DNA of 64,000 nt from the human T2T-CHM13v2.0 reference genome, Homo sapiens, in the NCBI RefSeq assembly GCF_009914755.1, contig NC_060948.1, one strand, 5' to 3'. The translations under genes were made by a program, and so were the position numbers. This document shows positions 61,683 to 64,000 of the stretch, in pieces. The notes beneath the pieces were generated by a model, which searched no databases, was not told where the DNA came from, and saw nothing but the letters and a program-made list of their open reading frames with translations. Position 1 is the first letter of the stretch. Every line of letters starts with the position of its first letter.

Positions 61683-63810
61683 AGATCCATATTTTTTAAA
61701 TGAAAAAAAATTTCAAAGGTACTCTGCTTGGTACAATAATCAAATGTATAAACTGAGGAATAAAACATAACCATGAAACCTACTTATAACTGCATATGGA
61801 AAATACAGAGGATAATTTTTTAAATAACATATTTTGAAAGCCTTAACTAGTAATTTGAAGAGTTGGCGTTTGACAGGGCAGTATGAATATACCTTCAAAT
61901 CAGCAACACAGGTTCCCCATGAGAAAAAGCAAACACAGGGAAAATAAAAACACAAAGGTTCAATCTCTTCTGACCTTTGAAAGACACAGCACAGACAGTG
62001 GTCCTTAGGACGAAGAGCAGGAGACCCCTAATTCCGTCACCATGGCGATAGGGCATAAACATTGCTGGGTGAGGGCACAATCCACATTGTGAGGTCCAAC
62101 TGCTGCCAGGAAGACAGGAGTGCTTTTACATAGACCGAAAGGTCATTGAAGGCTCAGAGTTTTGTTTCAAGAACTGAATCCCAAGCCCACACGTTATTAG
62201 GCTGCGCTTCTTAAAACAAGTTATGAGATGGGAAAAAGGGCACCCACAAACATACGTATACATTATGTATATAATAATATACAGTGTCATATATATAATA
62301 TATATAACCTATGTATAATATTGTTTTACATCCTGCATCTTATGTTATATATATTGTATAAAATATAATAATTGATAATATATAAGTTTTATAATTATAC
62401 AATATGACATATAGTATATATTATTATTTATGACATATATAATATATGTTATATGTCATATATAGAATATATTATACGGTTAATATACGTATTAAATATA
62501 AATTATACATTATATATATTATATATAATATATCTGTTATATATAATACCCATTATGCATAATATATATATTATGTCTATGTTATATATAGTATAAAACA
62601 ACATATAATAATATATAATTGTATATATAAAATGCGACATATAATATATATTATATTTTATAACATATGTAATATATATTATATATTATATATAATACGT
62701 TGTATGTATAATACCTATATTAAATATATATTATATGACTATGTTATTAATTACATGTCACATGTGTTATATATTATATATTTTACATAGAATATACCGG
62801 TTACATACAATATATACTATGTTACCTATAATGTATAATTTATTACATGTAAAATAAAGAATGCAATATATTATGTACAATTTATAATATACAATATGTG
62901 GAATGTGATATATATAACATATAATATATGATATATGATATACAGTATATGATATATAACATACAATATATGATTCCTAATATATATGGTATACAATATA
63001 TATTTTATGATATGTATTCTATATGTTTTATATTCTGTTATATATAACTATTTGAAATTATAAATAACTGTATAATATTTTATGTAAATATGTAATATAA
63101 TATATATAAATATATAATATATTATATATAACTATATATTATGTTATATATACTTTTATAACATAATTTACATAAAATATCATAATATAATATATATTAT
63201 ATTATTTCATATTACATAATATATATTACATATCACCCAATATAACTAGCATACATAATATTATAATATAGATTATATTGTGTTATATTAAATATCATAT
63301 ATATCATGTATCATATATTCTATAATATATATTACACATTATATAATATGTATGTTGTCTATTATGTGATATATATAACTATATATATAATTATATTTTT
63401 ATACATATAACTAGATAAACATGTAATTCTACATATTTTCATTTATAATATGTAGAATTATATAATCATATATAATTATTTATATTCTATAAAAAATTTT
63501 ATCATTATATAAATTATAATATATAAAAATTATAATATGTACTACAAATATATATATTATACATCATATATGATATAGTACCTTTGTTATATATCATAAT
63601 ACATATAAATGTGTATTATGTTATCTATAATTATATAATTTCATATATAAGATGTATAATATGTATCATATATTATATATGTTATGTAATATATATAGTA
63701 TATATAAGATGACACAGGATAAATATTATATACTATGACATATAAAATATATGAGGTTATATGTTACATATAAGGCATAGCACATAACATGTAATATGTA
63801 TCATATATAA

Positions 63811-64000
63811 TTTTTTTTAGACAGAATCTTGTCCTGTTGCACAGGGTGGGGTACAATGGCGCCATCTTTGCTCACTGCAACTTCTGCCTCACGGGTCCAA
63901 GCGATTGTCCTCCCTCAGCCTCCCAGGTAGCTGGGACTACACCACACTGGGACTACACCAGCTGCCACCATGCCTAGCTAATTTTTTGGATTTTTAGTAG
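63811..64000 (-). mobile_element. Alu fragment, unit 27 (cut by the window end)
   Basis: T8 then agacagaatc...gatttttagtag at the end of the window. Confidence 0.9.

Overview
The whole window is one uninterrupted head-to-tail tandem array of a ~2.42-kb composite unit: 26 copies of the unit's core, with partial units at both ends. Equivalent ORF-track positions are 2411-2422 bp apart, mode 2420. Each unit has three parts: (i) ~1.56 kb of degenerate (TA)n-derived, very AT-rich DNA; (ii) a ~292-bp old, CpG-decayed Alu on the minus strand, missing its first ~12 bp and carrying a 16-bp internal duplication; (iii) a ~570-bp more GC-balanced, non-Alu segment (HSATI-like). The unit length, the three-part architecture and a HaeIII map predicting a ~2.14-kb fragment match human satellite HSat1B/DYZ2, which is typical of Yq12 heterochromatin, with related copies on acrocentric short arms. 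I find no credible protein-coding gene, RNA gene, CRISPR array or foreign insertion, and no previously undescribed biological system. The repeated ORFs are by-products of the satellite. The real signal is the array's evolutionary record: a seemingly perfect recent one-unit duplication, a two-unit duplication, shared variants at 2-, 4-, 5-, 11- and 12-unit offsets, short divergent patches suggesting gene conversion, and Alu diagnostic sites that look AluS(c)-like rather than AluY. Units are numbered by their Alu/HSATI core, unit 1 at 916-1775. All variant comparisons were made by eye, not by computed alignment.
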